Shown here: positions 54,587 through 64,000 of the stretch, in pieces
Layout of the letters: every line of letters starts with the position of its first letter
Numbering within the stretch: the first letter of the stretch is position 1
Assembly: GCA_018714965.1 (NCBI GenBank)
Contig: DVML01000007.1
Location: 74,610 to 138,609 of the forward strand
Source: Candidatus Fimihabitans intestinipullorum
GTDB taxonomy: Bacteria; Bacillota_I; Bacilli_A; RF39; UBA660
Length of the DNA stretch: 64,000 nt
Direction: 5' to 3'
Program-made: the position numbers and the translations under genes
The notes under the pieces: model-generated
Told to the model about the DNA's origin: nothing
Databases searched by the model: none
Seen by the model: the letters and a program-made list of their open reading frames with translations, nothing else

Positions 54587-55081
54587 ATGAGGGAATTATA
54601 TATCGATTTTGATGGTGTCTTAATGGATACCATTACCACTTCTTATCGTTTATTAGACGAACAACAAGTAGATTTGGATAACTATGATGAAGTTTTAAAA
54701 TTTTATCAAACTTTGAATTGGGAACAAGTAATTGAAATTACCCCTATTTTATACGATAGTATGGATCGCTTAAAAAGAATGAAAGAATCAAATCGTTTTA
54801 ATATCTCTGTTTTAACTCATGTCAATAGCGTTCCTGAAATTGTAGAAAAAGTAAAATTTATACGGAAATATTTTGATGATATTACGATTATTGCTTGCCC
54901 TAAAGAACTTAGTAAAACCAAGATGGTACATGCAAAAGATGCAATTCTGATCGACGATTATTCTGAAAACCTAAGAGAATGGAAGGCAGCTGGAGGAATT
55001 CCAGTAAAGTTTTCTCCAACGAAAAAGACAACAGAATTTTTATGTGTTGATCGAATTGATCAAGTGTTAGACATTTTATAA
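54587..55081 (+). CDS. HAD superfamily 5'(3')-deoxyribonucleotidase-like protein
   Basis: HAD motif I YIDFDGVLMDT; small cap-less size; LIDDYSENL motif. Confidence 0.5.
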   Translation: MRELYIDFDGVLMDTITTSYRLLDEQQVDLDNYDEVLKFYQTLNWEQVIEITPILYDSMDRLKRMKESNRFNISVLTHVNSVPEIVEKVKFIRKYFDDITIIACPKELSKTKMVHAKDAILIDDYSENLREWKAAGGIPVKFSPTKKTTEFLCVDRIDQVLDIL

Positions 55082-55097
55082 TTTTTTGTATACAAAA

Positions 55098-55123
55098 AAG
55101 AACAACTACTCATAGTTGTTCTT
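55098..55123 (+). terminator. Terminator-like 11-bp hairpin after the HAD gene
   Basis: AAGAACAACTA-ctca-TAGTTGTTCTT; weak T tract. Confidence 0.4.
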
Positions 55124-55152
55124 ATATAAATATTTACCAAATGAGGTGACAT

Positions 55153-56220
55153 ATGGAAAAGGAATTATTCGATATATTTTTTGAAATAGTTGAGGGTGCT
55201 AAGATTGGTAAAATTCCGACAGCATTATTTTATGTTCAAGCAGGATTTGAAACGGTAATCAAAGATCGTTTTTCTAACGTAAGTGGAGATGGCAATCATA
55301 TACTTTACATCGATGATTTTAATCAGTTTATGAATACTCTGAAGCGATACTTTGAAATTGTAATGAATACAGATCATATGTGGTTCCGAGTTTCGGAGGA
55401 GAAAAATCATTCTTACTTAAGAATTAATCTTGTATATTTACTTGCAAATATGACACCACAAGATTTTCAAAAGCCTACTGAATTTGTGAATCGCTATATT
55501 GAATTTTTAAATGATCGGACGTTTTCACAACCGATGACGATGGAATATGCTCCTTTAGACTGTAAGATTCATATAGAGAGAAAAGAGCAACCAGCGGGAC
55601 AAGAAACGCCATATGCACTTTCAGTTACAATGGAAAAAGAGTATCCGGAAGGTGTAGCTCATTATACGTTGCCGTTAATTAGATATGGGGTTGCAAACAA
55701 TCGATTATATCTTTACGCCATTCAAGGAAAAAATAACGAGGATATAAAAGAGATAGATAGAAAATTTGCCAAAAAGGCAAATCGCTATTTTTATAAAATG
55801 AATAAAAATTGTCGCGAGGAATTACAAGATGTTCCGTTATCTTTCATGTTTGCTTCTACCATTTTATTAAAATGTATGCAAGAAGCAGGGATAGAAGATA
55901 TAGTGATTGCAAAGTCATTGCCATTAAAAGTGGAAATGAAGAAAAATGTATTTGGAGATATGACAAAATATAAAGGTTTTAGTGCTAGTAAGTTAAAAGC
56001 ACTTGGCGTTATTACAAACGTAGAAGAGATCGAATATAATCTTACAACTCGTTTCTTACATGTGGTAGAGCGTTTGCGGGAACAAATAGACGGAATTTCC
56101 TTCAAAGGAGAGAATAATAGCTTTTTAACGGCGGATGTGAATGAAAAAATGTTATTCTCGGAAAATGAAGTATATCAATCATTGTTAGATTCTACAGTGA
56201 CTTATCAAAAGAGAAAGTAA
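55153..56220 (+). CDS. Hypothetical protein (first gene of a two-gene operon)
   Basis: 355-aa soluble ORF with GAGGTGA RBS; no recognisable motif. Confidence 0.45.
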   Translation: MEKELFDIFFEIVEGAKIGKIPTALFYVQAGFETVIKDRFSNVSGDGNHILYIDDFNQFMNTLKRYFEIVMNTDHMWFRVSEEKNHSYLRINLVYLLANMTPQDFQKPTEFVNRYIEFLNDRTFSQPMTMEYAPLDCKIHIERKEQPAGQETPYALSVTMEKEYPEGVAHYTLPLIRYGVANNRLYLYAIQGKNNEDIKEIDRKFAKKANRYFYKMNKNCREELQDVPLSFMFASTILLKCMQEAGIEDIVIAKSLPLKVEMKKNVFGDMTKYKGFSASKLKALGVITNVEEIEYNLTTRFLHVVERLREQIDGISFKGENNSFLTADVNEKMLFSENEVYQSLLDSTVTYQKRK

Positions 56221-56234
56221 AGGAGATAAAAAGA

Positions 56235-57245
56235 ATGCAGCAATTAAACAATATAGCGAGATTAAAAGATTTGTATGGAGATGAATTTGATGAAAAACAT
56301 TTAATTACTGTGTTTGACATCAATGGAAATCCATTTCAAATGATAGGGGCATCATATCCTGAAATCAATGCTTTAGAAGGTGGATATATTATTACACCGA
56401 ATGGTAAATTTATTACAGTGCGAGATTTTCAAGAACACGATGATGTATTTTCCCTTTATATCAATTATTATAAAGGAACTCCAGAGTCGACAGAACAGTG
56501 GGGAAGTTATGAATGTACGAAAATGTTGAACGACATGAAACATATTGTATATTTTGGCGTTAAAACGAGGTATACGACAGAGATTGTTACGGGAAAAGAA
56601 GCACAAAACTATTTGAAGGATGCTCGTATTTCTAATATAGCAAAAGGGTATGGAGTACTTTCATTTCCGAAGGATCGCGATATAACCAATGAACAAAAAT
56701 TAGCGACACAATTACTACTGTTTACTAATGATAGGCAGACAGGAGAAAAAGCTTCTAAAGTACTAGACATTAGCTATGGAAATATGGAAGAAAATATCGT
56801 TTATGATCACCGTGATATGTTAAATGTGTTTCAACCAAAAGAAGAAGCAGGACTACACTTGCCGAAAGAAGATATTAAATATGCTCTGGGATGTTTTAAT
56901 CGAATGGTTGTGACTGATATGAAAAAATTAAATCGCGTAAAGTCGGAATTGCAACAGTACGATGAAAAGACAAATATGGATGTTAAGATAGTGTTGAGAG
57001 ATCTTTACCGGCATATTGAATCATCAGATCTTTCTGCATTAGAAAAAGGACGCGAATTTGCAGAAGTCATTCGTATTGCACAATCGTATGACGATCCTAC
57101 TGTATACGGATATATGATGGGGGAAGATGAAAAGTTAAGAATTGCAAATGAAAAGTTATTCTTTAAATTAAATCGATACCAAAATTGGGTAGAATATATT
57201 CAAAAAGGAAAGATTGTTCAAAATCATACAGCATATAAAAAATAA
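56235..57245 (+). CDS. Hypothetical protein (second gene of a two-gene operon)
   Basis: 336-aa soluble ORF 14 nt after the previous stop, with AAGGAGA RBS; no recognisable motif. Confidence 0.45.
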   Translation: MQQLNNIARLKDLYGDEFDEKHLITVFDINGNPFQMIGASYPEINALEGGYIITPNGKFITVRDFQEHDDVFSLYINYYKGTPESTEQWGSYECTKMLNDMKHIVYFGVKTRYTTEIVTGKEAQNYLKDARISNIAKGYGVLSFPKDRDITNEQKLATQLLLFTNDRQTGEKASKVLDISYGNMEENIVYDHRDMLNVFQPKEEAGLHLPKEDIKYALGCFNRMVVTDMKKLNRVKSELQQYDEKTNMDVKIVLRDLYRHIESSDLSALEKGREFAEVIRIAQSYDDPTVYGYMMGEDEKLRIANEKLFFKLNRYQNWVEYIQKGKIVQNHTAYKK

Positions 57246-57276
57246 TTAGCACTCACTATTGACGAGTGCTAATTTT
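57246..57276 (+). terminator. Terminator after the two-gene operon
   Basis: TTAGCACTC-loop-GAGTGCTAA plus TTTT, followed by TGtTATAAT (57279-57287), a promoter element for clpB. Confidence 0.7.
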
Positions 57277-57331
57277 AGTGTTATAATGTGATTGTTTGGT
57301 AAATAGACCAAATGAAAAGGAGGGGATACTT

Positions 57332-59446
57332 ATGAATAATAATCAAAATCCATACCAAGAAAATTTGGAAAATGTATTGGAAAAATACGGTAGAGATATT
57401 ACTGCCGGAGTACGTGATGGCAAACAGGACCCTGTCATCGGCCGCGATGATGAGATTCGTAGTATCACTCGTATTTTATCGAGAAAGACGAAGAATAATC
57501 CAGTGTTGATAGGAGAACCTGGAGTCGGAAAAACAGCCATTGTAGAGGGACTTGCACAGCGTATTGTAAGAGGGGATGTTCCAGATAGTTTGAAGAACAA
57601 AACTGTGTGGGAACTCGATATGGGAGCATTGATTGCCGGAGCAAAATATCGTGGAGAATTCGAAGAGCGTTTAAAAGCAGTTTTGAAAGAAGTAAAAGAA
57701 TCTGAAGGGAAAATCATCATGTTTATCGATGAGATTCACATGATTGTAGGAGCTGGAGCACTCGAAGGAGCAATGGATGCTGGAAATATGTTAAAGCCAA
57801 TGCTTGCGCGTGGTGAAATTCGAGTGATTGGAGCAACAACGTTAAACGAGTATCGTAAATATATCGAAAAAGACGGAGCCTTAGAGAGACGTTTTCAAAA
57901 AGTGTTGGTCAGTGAACCAACCGTAATTGATACGATTACGATTTTACGAGGATTAAAACAACGATTTGAAGTTTATCATGGAGTTAACATCAAAGATAAA
58001 GCTTTAGTTGCAGCTGCGACACTTTCCGATCGATATATTACAGATCGTTTCTTGCCTGATAAAGCGATCGATTTAGTGGATGAGGCCTGTGCGACGATCA
58101 AGGTACAGATGGATTCTGTACCAACTGCACTTGATACATTGACACGTGATATCATGCGTTTGGAAATTGAAAAACAAGCTTTGAAAAAAGAGAAAGATGA
58201 GCTTTCGAGAAAAAGATTAGAAGAGATCGATCAAAAGCTTGCTGGTATGAAAGAACGTGAAGCTAAATTCCGTAAAGATTGGGAAAATGAAAAGCATATC
58301 AACGAAAAGATTAGCAAGAAAAAAGAAGAGATCGAGCATGCGAAGTTCGAGTTAGAACAAGCAGAGAATCGTTATGATTTAGAGACTGCTGCACGTCTTC
58401 GTCATGGTTCTATTCCAAAATTAGAATCAGAGTTAGAAGAGTTGCGAAAAATAGACAGCTCTAAGATTTTAGGGGATACCGTAACCGATGAAGATATCGC
58501 AGGAATTATCTCAAAGTGGACGAATATTCCAGTACAAAAATTAGTAGGTGGAGAAAGAGAAAAACTACTTCACTTAAATGAAAATATGAAAAAGAGAGTC
58601 AAAGGACAAGACGAAGCACTTGAGCTTGTAAGTGAAGCGATTATTCGCGCACGTGCAGGAATTAAAGATCCGAATCGACCAATTGGTTCTTTCTTATTCT
58701 TAGGTCCAACTGGTGTTGGAAAAACAGAAGTAGCACGTACACTTGCTTACGAATTATTCGATGATGAACGCCATATGGTACGTATCGATATGAGTGAATA
58801 TATGGAAGCGCATTCTGTTTCTCGTTTAGTTGGAGCACCTCCTGGATATGTTGGATATGATGAGGGTGGACAACTTACAGAAGCAGTACGTAGAAACCCT
58901 TATAGCATCGTATTATTTGATGAAATTGAAAAAGCTCATCGTGACGTATTTAATATCTTACTTCAAATTTTAGACGATGGGCGCATCACAGATTCTCAAG
59001 GAAGAACGGTCGATTTTAAAAATACGATCATTATCCTAACTTCTAATTTAGGAAGTGAGTATATTTTAGATAAAGAAGAGAACAGTGAAGAACTCGTCAT
59101 GGATGCAGTAAGACATACATTTAAACCAGAGTTTATCAATCGATTAGATGAGATCATTGTATTTCATTCTCTATCGAAAGATGTCGTATATGATATCTTA
59201 GATAAAATTATTTCTGAGATCGAATATCGTTTACGTGATCAGAAAATAAAGATTACGTTAACAGAGAATGCAAAAGATTATATCATAGACCAATCTTACG
59301 ATGAAAACTATGGAGCGCGTCCGATCAAACGTTATGTAAGTCGTCATCTTGAGACGTTGATTGCAAATAAACTAATTCAGGACGAAATCAAGTTTAATTC
59401 GGAGATTATCGTCGATATAAAAGATGGAAATCTCTATATAAAATAG
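57332..59446 (+). CDS. clpB: ClpB-type AAA+ disaggregase lacking the N-terminal domain
   Basis: Two AAA+ modules (GEPGVGKTA; GPTGVGKTE) separated by a long coiled-coil M-domain; begins directly at the NBD1 lead-in (LEKYGRDIT). Confidence 0.9.
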   Translation: MNNNQNPYQENLENVLEKYGRDITAGVRDGKQDPVIGRDDEIRSITRILSRKTKNNPVLIGEPGVGKTAIVEGLAQRIVRGDVPDSLKNKTVWELDMGALIAGAKYRGEFEERLKAVLKEVKESEGKIIMFIDEIHMIVGAGALEGAMDAGNMLKPMLARGEIRVIGATTLNEYRKYIEKDGALERRFQKVLVSEPTVIDTITILRGLKQRFEVYHGVNIKDKALVAAATLSDRYITDRFLPDKAIDLVDEACATIKVQMDSVPTALDTLTRDIMRLEIEKQALKKEKDELSRKRLEEIDQKLAGMKEREAKFRKDWENEKHINEKISKKKEEIEHAKFELEQAENRYDLETAARLRHGSIPKLESELEELRKIDSSKILGDTVTDEDIAGIISKWTNIPVQKLVGGEREKLLHLNENMKKRVKGQDEALELVSEAIIRARAGIKDPNRPIGSFLFLGPTGVGKTEVARTLAYELFDDERHMVRIDMSEYMEAHSVSRLVGAPPGYVGYDEGGQLTEAVRRNPYSIVLFDEIEKAHRDVFNILLQILDDGRITDSQGRTVDFKNTIIILTSNLGSEYILDKEENSEELVMDAVRHTFKPEFINRLDEIIVFHSLSKDVVYDILDKIISEIEYRLRDQKIKITLTENAKDYIIDQSYDENYGARPIKRYVSRHLETLIANKLIQDEIKFNSEIIVDIKDGNLYIK

Positions 59447-59475
59447 GAGGAATCACTTCCTCTTATTTTTATTTT
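59446..59475 (+). terminator. Terminator after clpB
   Basis: GAGGAA-tcac-TTCCTC plus T-rich tail. Confidence 0.55.
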
Positions 59476-59545
59476 GTCATATTGTAAAATAACGAGATAT
59501 GTGCTAAAATGAAAACAATGCAAAGGTGAAGTAAGGAGGGATTTC

Positions 59546-60067
59546 ATGGAAAAATACATTCCAGATGTATATCAAAAAAGTATTTACACCATCGATTATC
59601 AAAAATTGAAATCCAGTGGAATTCATTGTTTATTATTCGATTTAGATAATACATTGGTTCCAGCTAGCGTAAAAGTGCCGAATAAGAAAATAAAAGAATT
59701 ATTTGAAGATTTGAAGGAACAGGGATTTCAATTAATTTTATTTTCTAATAGTCCAAAAAAAAGAGTAAAAGCATTCGCAGATCAATTAGCGATCGGATAT
59801 ATTTCTAGTGCGATGAAACCACTAAGTGCAAAGTTTCAGAAAGTGATGAAAAAGTATCATTATGAAGAGAGTGAAGTTGCAATTATCGGGGATCAAATGC
59901 TTACAGATATTCTTGGAGGAAATAAAGCAGGAATCACGACAGTTTTAGTTAATCCAGTAAGTAAGCATGATATGGTATTTACGAAAGTGAATCGTTTTTT
60001 AGAAGAAAGAATTATGCATAAACTTCGCGAGAAAGATTTGTTTGTGAAAGGAAAGTATTATGACTAA
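59546..60067 (+). CDS. yqeG: YqeG family HAD phosphatase
   Basis: LLFDLDNTL and IIGDQMLTDILGGNKAG motifs; yqeG-yqeH synteny. Confidence 0.8.
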   Translation: MEKYIPDVYQKSIYTIDYQKLKSSGIHCLLFDLDNTLVPASVKVPNKKIKELFEDLKEQGFQLILFSNSPKKRVKAFADQLAIGYISSAMKPLSAKFQKVMKKYHYEESEVAIIGDQMLTDILGGNKAGITTVLVNPVSKHDMVFTKVNRFLEERIMHKLREKDLFVKGKYYD

Positions 60068-61052
60068 GTATTGTGAAGGGTGTGGAGCAGTACTACAAAC
60101 AACTGATCGTAATATCGAGGGCTATGTGAGCGATATGGAACATACGTTGTGTGAACGTTGTTTTCGTATACGAAATTATAACGACTATAAGAGTATTGCA
60201 AAGGATAATACAGAATTCATGACGTTATTAGAAAAAATTAACGAAACGAACGACCTTGTAGTCCTTGTTGTAGATTTAATGCACATTCATCCGGATATTC
60301 AAAAAATAGCTCGTGCATTACATAATCCACTTCTTTTAGTCCTTACTAAGCGAGATTTGTTGCCACGAACGACTTACGATTCTAAACTACTTCAATATGT
60401 AGATCGTTTTCAGATCCCATTTGTCGATAAAGTGATGATTAGTAGTAGAAAAAATGATCATATGGATGAACTTTACGAAAAAATTCAAAAGTATCAAACC
60501 AGTCCTAACGTCTATGTTGTCGGACTTACGAATGCAGGAAAATCTACGATGTTGAATCAGATGATTTATAATTATAGCGACGTAAAAAGAGAGATTACGA
60601 CGAGTATGTTACCGTCGACGACGATGAATTTTATCACCATTCCAATTTCAGAGGAATTGACTTTTATCGATACTCCTGGAATTTTGGATCAAGGTAATAT
60701 GCTGGAATATATCGACTATCCAACGATGAAAAAAGTCGTACCAAGATCAGAGATTCGTCCACGAACTTATCAGATTAAGGATGCGCAGACGCATGTGATT
60801 GATTCGTTACTTCGCGTCGATTATAAAACACAAAATAGCGTAACTTATTATATTTCTAACGTGTTAAAAATAGAGAGATATTATAAAGATACGGATCGTT
60901 TACAAGAGTTAGAACGCCATGAAATTACTGTTTGCGAACGTGAAGATGTAGTGATTTCTGGATTTGGATTCATCAAAATTATGAAACCTTGTAAATTGAC
61001 ACTATTTACATTAAAAGGTGTGAGTGTATATACGAGAGATTCTTTGATTTAA
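60060..61052 (+). CDS. yqeH: Ribosome biogenesis GTPase YqeH (circularly permuted)
   Basis: N-terminal zinc ribbon CEGCGA...CERCFR, LTKRDLL (G4) preceding GLTNAGKST (G1). Confidence 0.85.
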   Translation: MTKYCEGCGAVLQTTDRNIEGYVSDMEHTLCERCFRIRNYNDYKSIAKDNTEFMTLLEKINETNDLVVLVVDLMHIHPDIQKIARALHNPLLLVLTKRDLLPRTTYDSKLLQYVDRFQIPFVDKVMISSRKNDHMDELYEKIQKYQTSPNVYVVGLTNAGKSTMLNQMIYNYSDVKREITTSMLPSTTMNFITIPISEELTFIDTPGILDQGNMLEYIDYPTMKKVVPRSEIRPRTYQIKDAQTHVIDSLLRVDYKTQNSVTYYISNVLKIERYYKDTDRLQELERHEITVCEREDVVISGFGFIKIMKPCKLTLFTLKGVSVYTRDSLI

Positions 61053-61118
61053 TTAGGAATTTCTCTTTTTTTTTTTCGCTCTTTGGTATATAATATTAGA
61101 AGAATAGAGAGGGATTCT

Positions 61119-62894
61119 ATGTTAGGAAAAATTATCGGAATGGAAGGAAATATCGTACTTGTAAAGTTAAGTGTCGATTTAAATACTTCCCAAAACTTAA
61201 TTAACTTATACGCTTTGATGCAAGATACTGAGAAAATCAGTGTAGGTGAAATATCCGATATCAAAGATGGAGTAGCATATGTCAACTTACAAGGTGAGAT
61301 GATTAACAATCGATTTGTATTTGGAGTTGTTAGAAAGCCTGCTTTTAATGCGAGAGTTACGCTTGTTCCAAAGGAAAACATCGGTACGATCATCAGTGTA
61401 GATGACTATAATGAGAAAAAAGATTTAATCTTGGGAGAGAGTGCTGTTTATGCTGGACAACAAGTTGCAGTTAATATCAACGGTTTCTTCGCGAACCACT
61501 TTGCTATTTTTGGAAATACTGGTAGTGGTAAATCTTGTAGTGTTGCTCGTGTAATTCAAAATATCTTCGAGAAAAAAACAGTGGTTCCTTATCGTGCTAG
61601 TCTATTTATCTTTGATGCGTATGGAGAATACCATTCAGCATTCAAAGAACTTTATAAAAAAGCGCCAGAAGTAAGTTTCAAAGCATATACGACGAATCCG
61701 GATGTCGGGGATAGTGAGATGCTTAGAATTCCATTATGGTTACTAAGTGTAGACGATGTTGCTATTTTGCTTGGAGCAGAGAAACATTCACAGTTACCTA
61801 TTATCGAAAAAGCGTTAAAGCTTGTTACGATTTTTGGACGTGAAGAAAGTTTAGTTATCAAGCATAAAAACGATATTATCGCACGTGCTGTTTTGGATAT
61901 TCTTTCAAGTGGACGTCCACCAGCTCAAATTCGTGACCAGGTAATGTCTGTATTATCCTACTATAATACGAAGGAATTAAATTTGGATTCTATCATTTAT
62001 CAACCTGGATATTCAAGACCATTAAAGCAATGTCTATTCATCGATGCGACAGGGAAAATTCGTGATATGGAATTACTTACGAGCTTTATAGAGTCGTTCT
62101 TAGCAGAAGATCTAGAGTTAACACTTCCTGACGGAACATTTATGTACAATTTAAAAGATTTAAAAATGGCATTTGATTTTGCCTTAATTGCAGAAGGTGT
62201 CTTAAAAAGTGAGAAAATTTTCGACGATGTCAACATGTTGAAAGTAAGATTACACTCTTTAGTAAATGGTGAATATGGAGCTTATTTTGATTATCCAAAA
62301 TTTGTAACAAAGCAACAATATATTCATGAATTATTAACAGCACCGAACGGAAGAAAAGCACAGATTGTCAATTTTAATATCAACTACGTAGATGACCGTA
62401 TGGCAAAGAATTTAACTAAGATTTATTCGAAGTTATTATTCGACTATGCGAAAGAATTAGAACAACGTGCATCGTTTCCTTTCCATATTATTCTAGAGGA
62501 GGCTCACCGTTATGTACAAAACGATAACGACATCAACCTTCTCGGATATAATATTTTCGAACGTATCACGAAAGAGGGACGTAAATACGGAGTTATTTTA
62601 GGATTAATTTCTCAGAGACCGAGTGAGTTATCTGAAACCGTTATTTCGCAGTGTAACAATTTCTTAATTTTGAAGATGTTACACCCGAAAGATGTTGGAT
62701 ATATTAGAGATATGGTTCCAAACGTAACAGATGATATCATACGTAAGATTAAAATTTTACAACCGGGAAGTTGTATGGCATTTGGAAATGCCTTCAAAGT
62801 TCCAGTGCTTGTTAAATTTAAAATGCCAGATCCAGAACCATCATCTAATAGCTGTGATGTTAGCAACATTTGGTTTATCGAAAGAAAAGCGTAA
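61119..62894 (+). CDS. HerA/FtsK-like (DUF87) P-loop ATPase, orphan
   Basis: N-terminal barrel-like region, Walker A FGNTGSGKSCS, Walker B HIILEEAHRY, LISQRPSEL; the track's TTG 61083 lies inside a TGgTATATAAT promoter-like element, so the ATG at 61119 is used. Confidence 0.7.
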   Translation: MLGKIIGMEGNIVLVKLSVDLNTSQNLINLYALMQDTEKISVGEISDIKDGVAYVNLQGEMINNRFVFGVVRKPAFNARVTLVPKENIGTIISVDDYNEKKDLILGESAVYAGQQVAVNINGFFANHFAIFGNTGSGKSCSVARVIQNIFEKKTVVPYRASLFIFDAYGEYHSAFKELYKKAPEVSFKAYTTNPDVGDSEMLRIPLWLLSVDDVAILLGAEKHSQLPIIEKALKLVTIFGREESLVIKHKNDIIARAVLDILSSGRPPAQIRDQVMSVLSYYNTKELNLDSIIYQPGYSRPLKQCLFIDATGKIRDMELLTSFIESFLAEDLELTLPDGTFMYNLKDLKMAFDFALIAEGVLKSEKIFDDVNMLKVRLHSLVNGEYGAYFDYPKFVTKQQYIHELLTAPNGRKAQIVNFNINYVDDRMAKNLTKIYSKLLFDYAKELEQRASFPFHIILEEAHRYVQNDNDINLLGYNIFERITKEGRKYGVILGLISQRPSELSETVISQCNNFLILKMLHPKDVGYIRDMVPNVTDDIIRKIKILQPGSCMAFGNAFKVPVLVKFKMPDPEPSSNSCDVSNIWFIERKA

Positions 62895-62904
62895 AAAAGT
62901 TCTA

Positions 62905-63858
62905 TCATACGATAGAACTTTCTTTTTTATAATAATATCCTTGATAAGTATTGCGCCTTGCGAATTCTTTATCGATTTCGTTCATGACGCAAAATTTCTT
63001 TAAGAGCCAAAGAGGTTCGATGAGATCCTCTTTTTTTGGATCTCCTGTAACTCTATGGATGACGATATTAGGATCGAGGCGCTCCAGTTGATCACATATG
63101 ATATCTGCATATTCTTCTCTTGTTAAGACATGAAAAGGTTTCTTTTTATAAAGTGTGGCAAGTGGAGTATCTTTGATGATATGCAGCATATGTATTTTAA
63201 CTCCTTGGATATTGAGATGATTGAGGTACTTTGCTGTTTCAACCATCATTTCTTTTGTTTCGTATGGTAATCCATTGATAATGTGAACGACGACATTGAT
63301 GTTTCGCTCTCTTAATTTTTTCACCATCGTTTCAAAACATTCTAGTGTATGGCATCGATTAATAAGATGAATCGTTTCTTCGTGAATTGATTGCAATCCT
63401 AACTCTACTGTGAGATAAGTTCTTTTTGAAAGTTCTTCTAGGTAGTCTAGACATTCGTTCGTAATAGAATCAGGTCTCGTTGCAATGGAAAGTCCAATGA
63501 CTCCTGGTTGTTTCAAAATCAATTCATATTTTTCTTTTAAAACAGAGAGGGGGGCATACGTATTGGTACGTGCTTGAAAATATCCGATATATTTTCCATT
63601 CGGCCATTTCTTTTGCATCATTAAAACACCATCTTGAAATTGTTTTAACAAGTGATCGTTTTTTCTTCCAGCAAATTCACCACTTCCGAGCTTAGAGCAG
63701 TAAATACATCCACCAGTTCCAACAGTGCCATCGAGATTCGGACAGGAAAAGCCTCCATTTAAACTAATTTTAAATACTTTAGTATGGAATTTTTGCTCGT
63801 ATGCATAGGTAAGAGTGTGATATCTTTTGTTCGTATTCGAGTATAAAAATGGATTCAT
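62905..63858 (-). CDS. TIGR01212 (YtqA/YhcC-like) radical SAM protein
   Basis: GGFSCPNLDGTVGTGGCIYCS cluster motif and family-typical length. Confidence 0.8.
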   Translation of the reverse strand: MNPFLYSNTNKRYHTLTYAYEQKFHTKVFKISLNGGFSCPNLDGTVGTGGCIYCSKLGSGEFAGRKNDHLLKQFQDGVLMMQKKWPNGKYIGYFQARTNTYAPLSVLKEKYELILKQPGVIGLSIATRPDSITNECLDYLEELSKRTYLTVELGLQSIHEETIHLINRCHTLECFETMVKKLRERNINVVVHIINGLPYETKEMMVETAKYLNHLNIQGVKIHMLHIIKDTPLATLYKKKPFHVLTREEYADIICDQLERLDPNIVIHRVTGDPKKEDLIEPLWLLKKFCVMNEIDKEFARRNTYQGYYYKKESSIV

Positions 63859-64000
63859 GTGAAACCTCCTTCATTTCTTATAATATCATTTCTCGAACTT
63901 TTTTTGTGAAAAAATAATGAAAAAAGCGAAAAAAGGACAAAAAACCTTTATATTATAAGGCAATTGTGATATGATGAGTAAGGAGGTAGAATATGAAAAA

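Noticed and set aside
55083-55100. Perfect 18-bp palindrome TTTTTTGTATACAAAAAA after the HAD gene
   Set aside because: It is pure A/T with a central GTATAC. It is most simply part of the AT-rich terminator region next to the 11-bp hairpin at 55098-55123, and there is no evidence for a specific binding site.
61049-61393. 114-aa minus-strand ORF across the yqeH/HerA-like intergenic region
   Set aside because: It runs antisense through the promoter, RBS and N-terminus of the HerA-like gene and has no start context.
1-64000. CRISPR arrays, rRNA genes, free-standing tRNA genes, prophage structural modules
   Set aside because: No short direct repeats with regular spacing were seen. The only tRNA-like element (T-arm GGTTCGAGTCC, acceptor-CCA at 14171-14207) is the 3' part of tmRNA. 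No capsid, terminase or tail genes are present.

Overview
AT-rich 64-kb chromosomal segment of a low-GC Bacillota genome. PolC, a tmRNA tag ending in AFA, a ClpB without its N-domain and an IS1630-like IS30 element suggest an Erysipelotrichia/Mollicutes-related lineage, but that is inference only. Most of the window is housekeeping, largely on the + strand: hup, cca, dnaD-nth, rnr, smpB, ssrA, prfA-prmC, polC, nfo, sodA, a PBP2-type transpeptidase, rpmG (below the ORF-track size cutoff), efp, gmk, infC-rpmI-rplT, clpB and yqeG-yqeH. It also holds two ABC transporters, a GtrA/GT4/Alg14-Alg13-like glycosylation cluster, a GH73 surface protein and a six-PASTA membrane protein. The clearest accessory region lies directly 3' of the tmRNA gene (about 14.2-19.6 kb). 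It contains a retron (structured msr/msd-like ncRNA plus a retron-type reverse transcriptase) followed by a 225-aa ORF with a Cys-His-Asp transglutaminase/papain-like pattern. Next come a nucleoside-diphosphate-kinase fusion protein, a small HExxH metalloprotease-like protein and an orphan VirD4/TraG-like ATPase. I found no integrase and no att repeat. Other notable items: a second RNase R paralog between smpB and ssrA; an IS30-family element that duplicated a 22-bp terminator hairpin; two tandem type IV pilin-like paralogs with duplicated promoter and 5' region; L20 fused to a Rho_N/HeH-like tail; an orphan HerA/DUF87-like ATPase; and a two-gene operon of unknown function upstream of clpB. 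No CRISPR array, rRNA or free-standing tRNA gene was seen.
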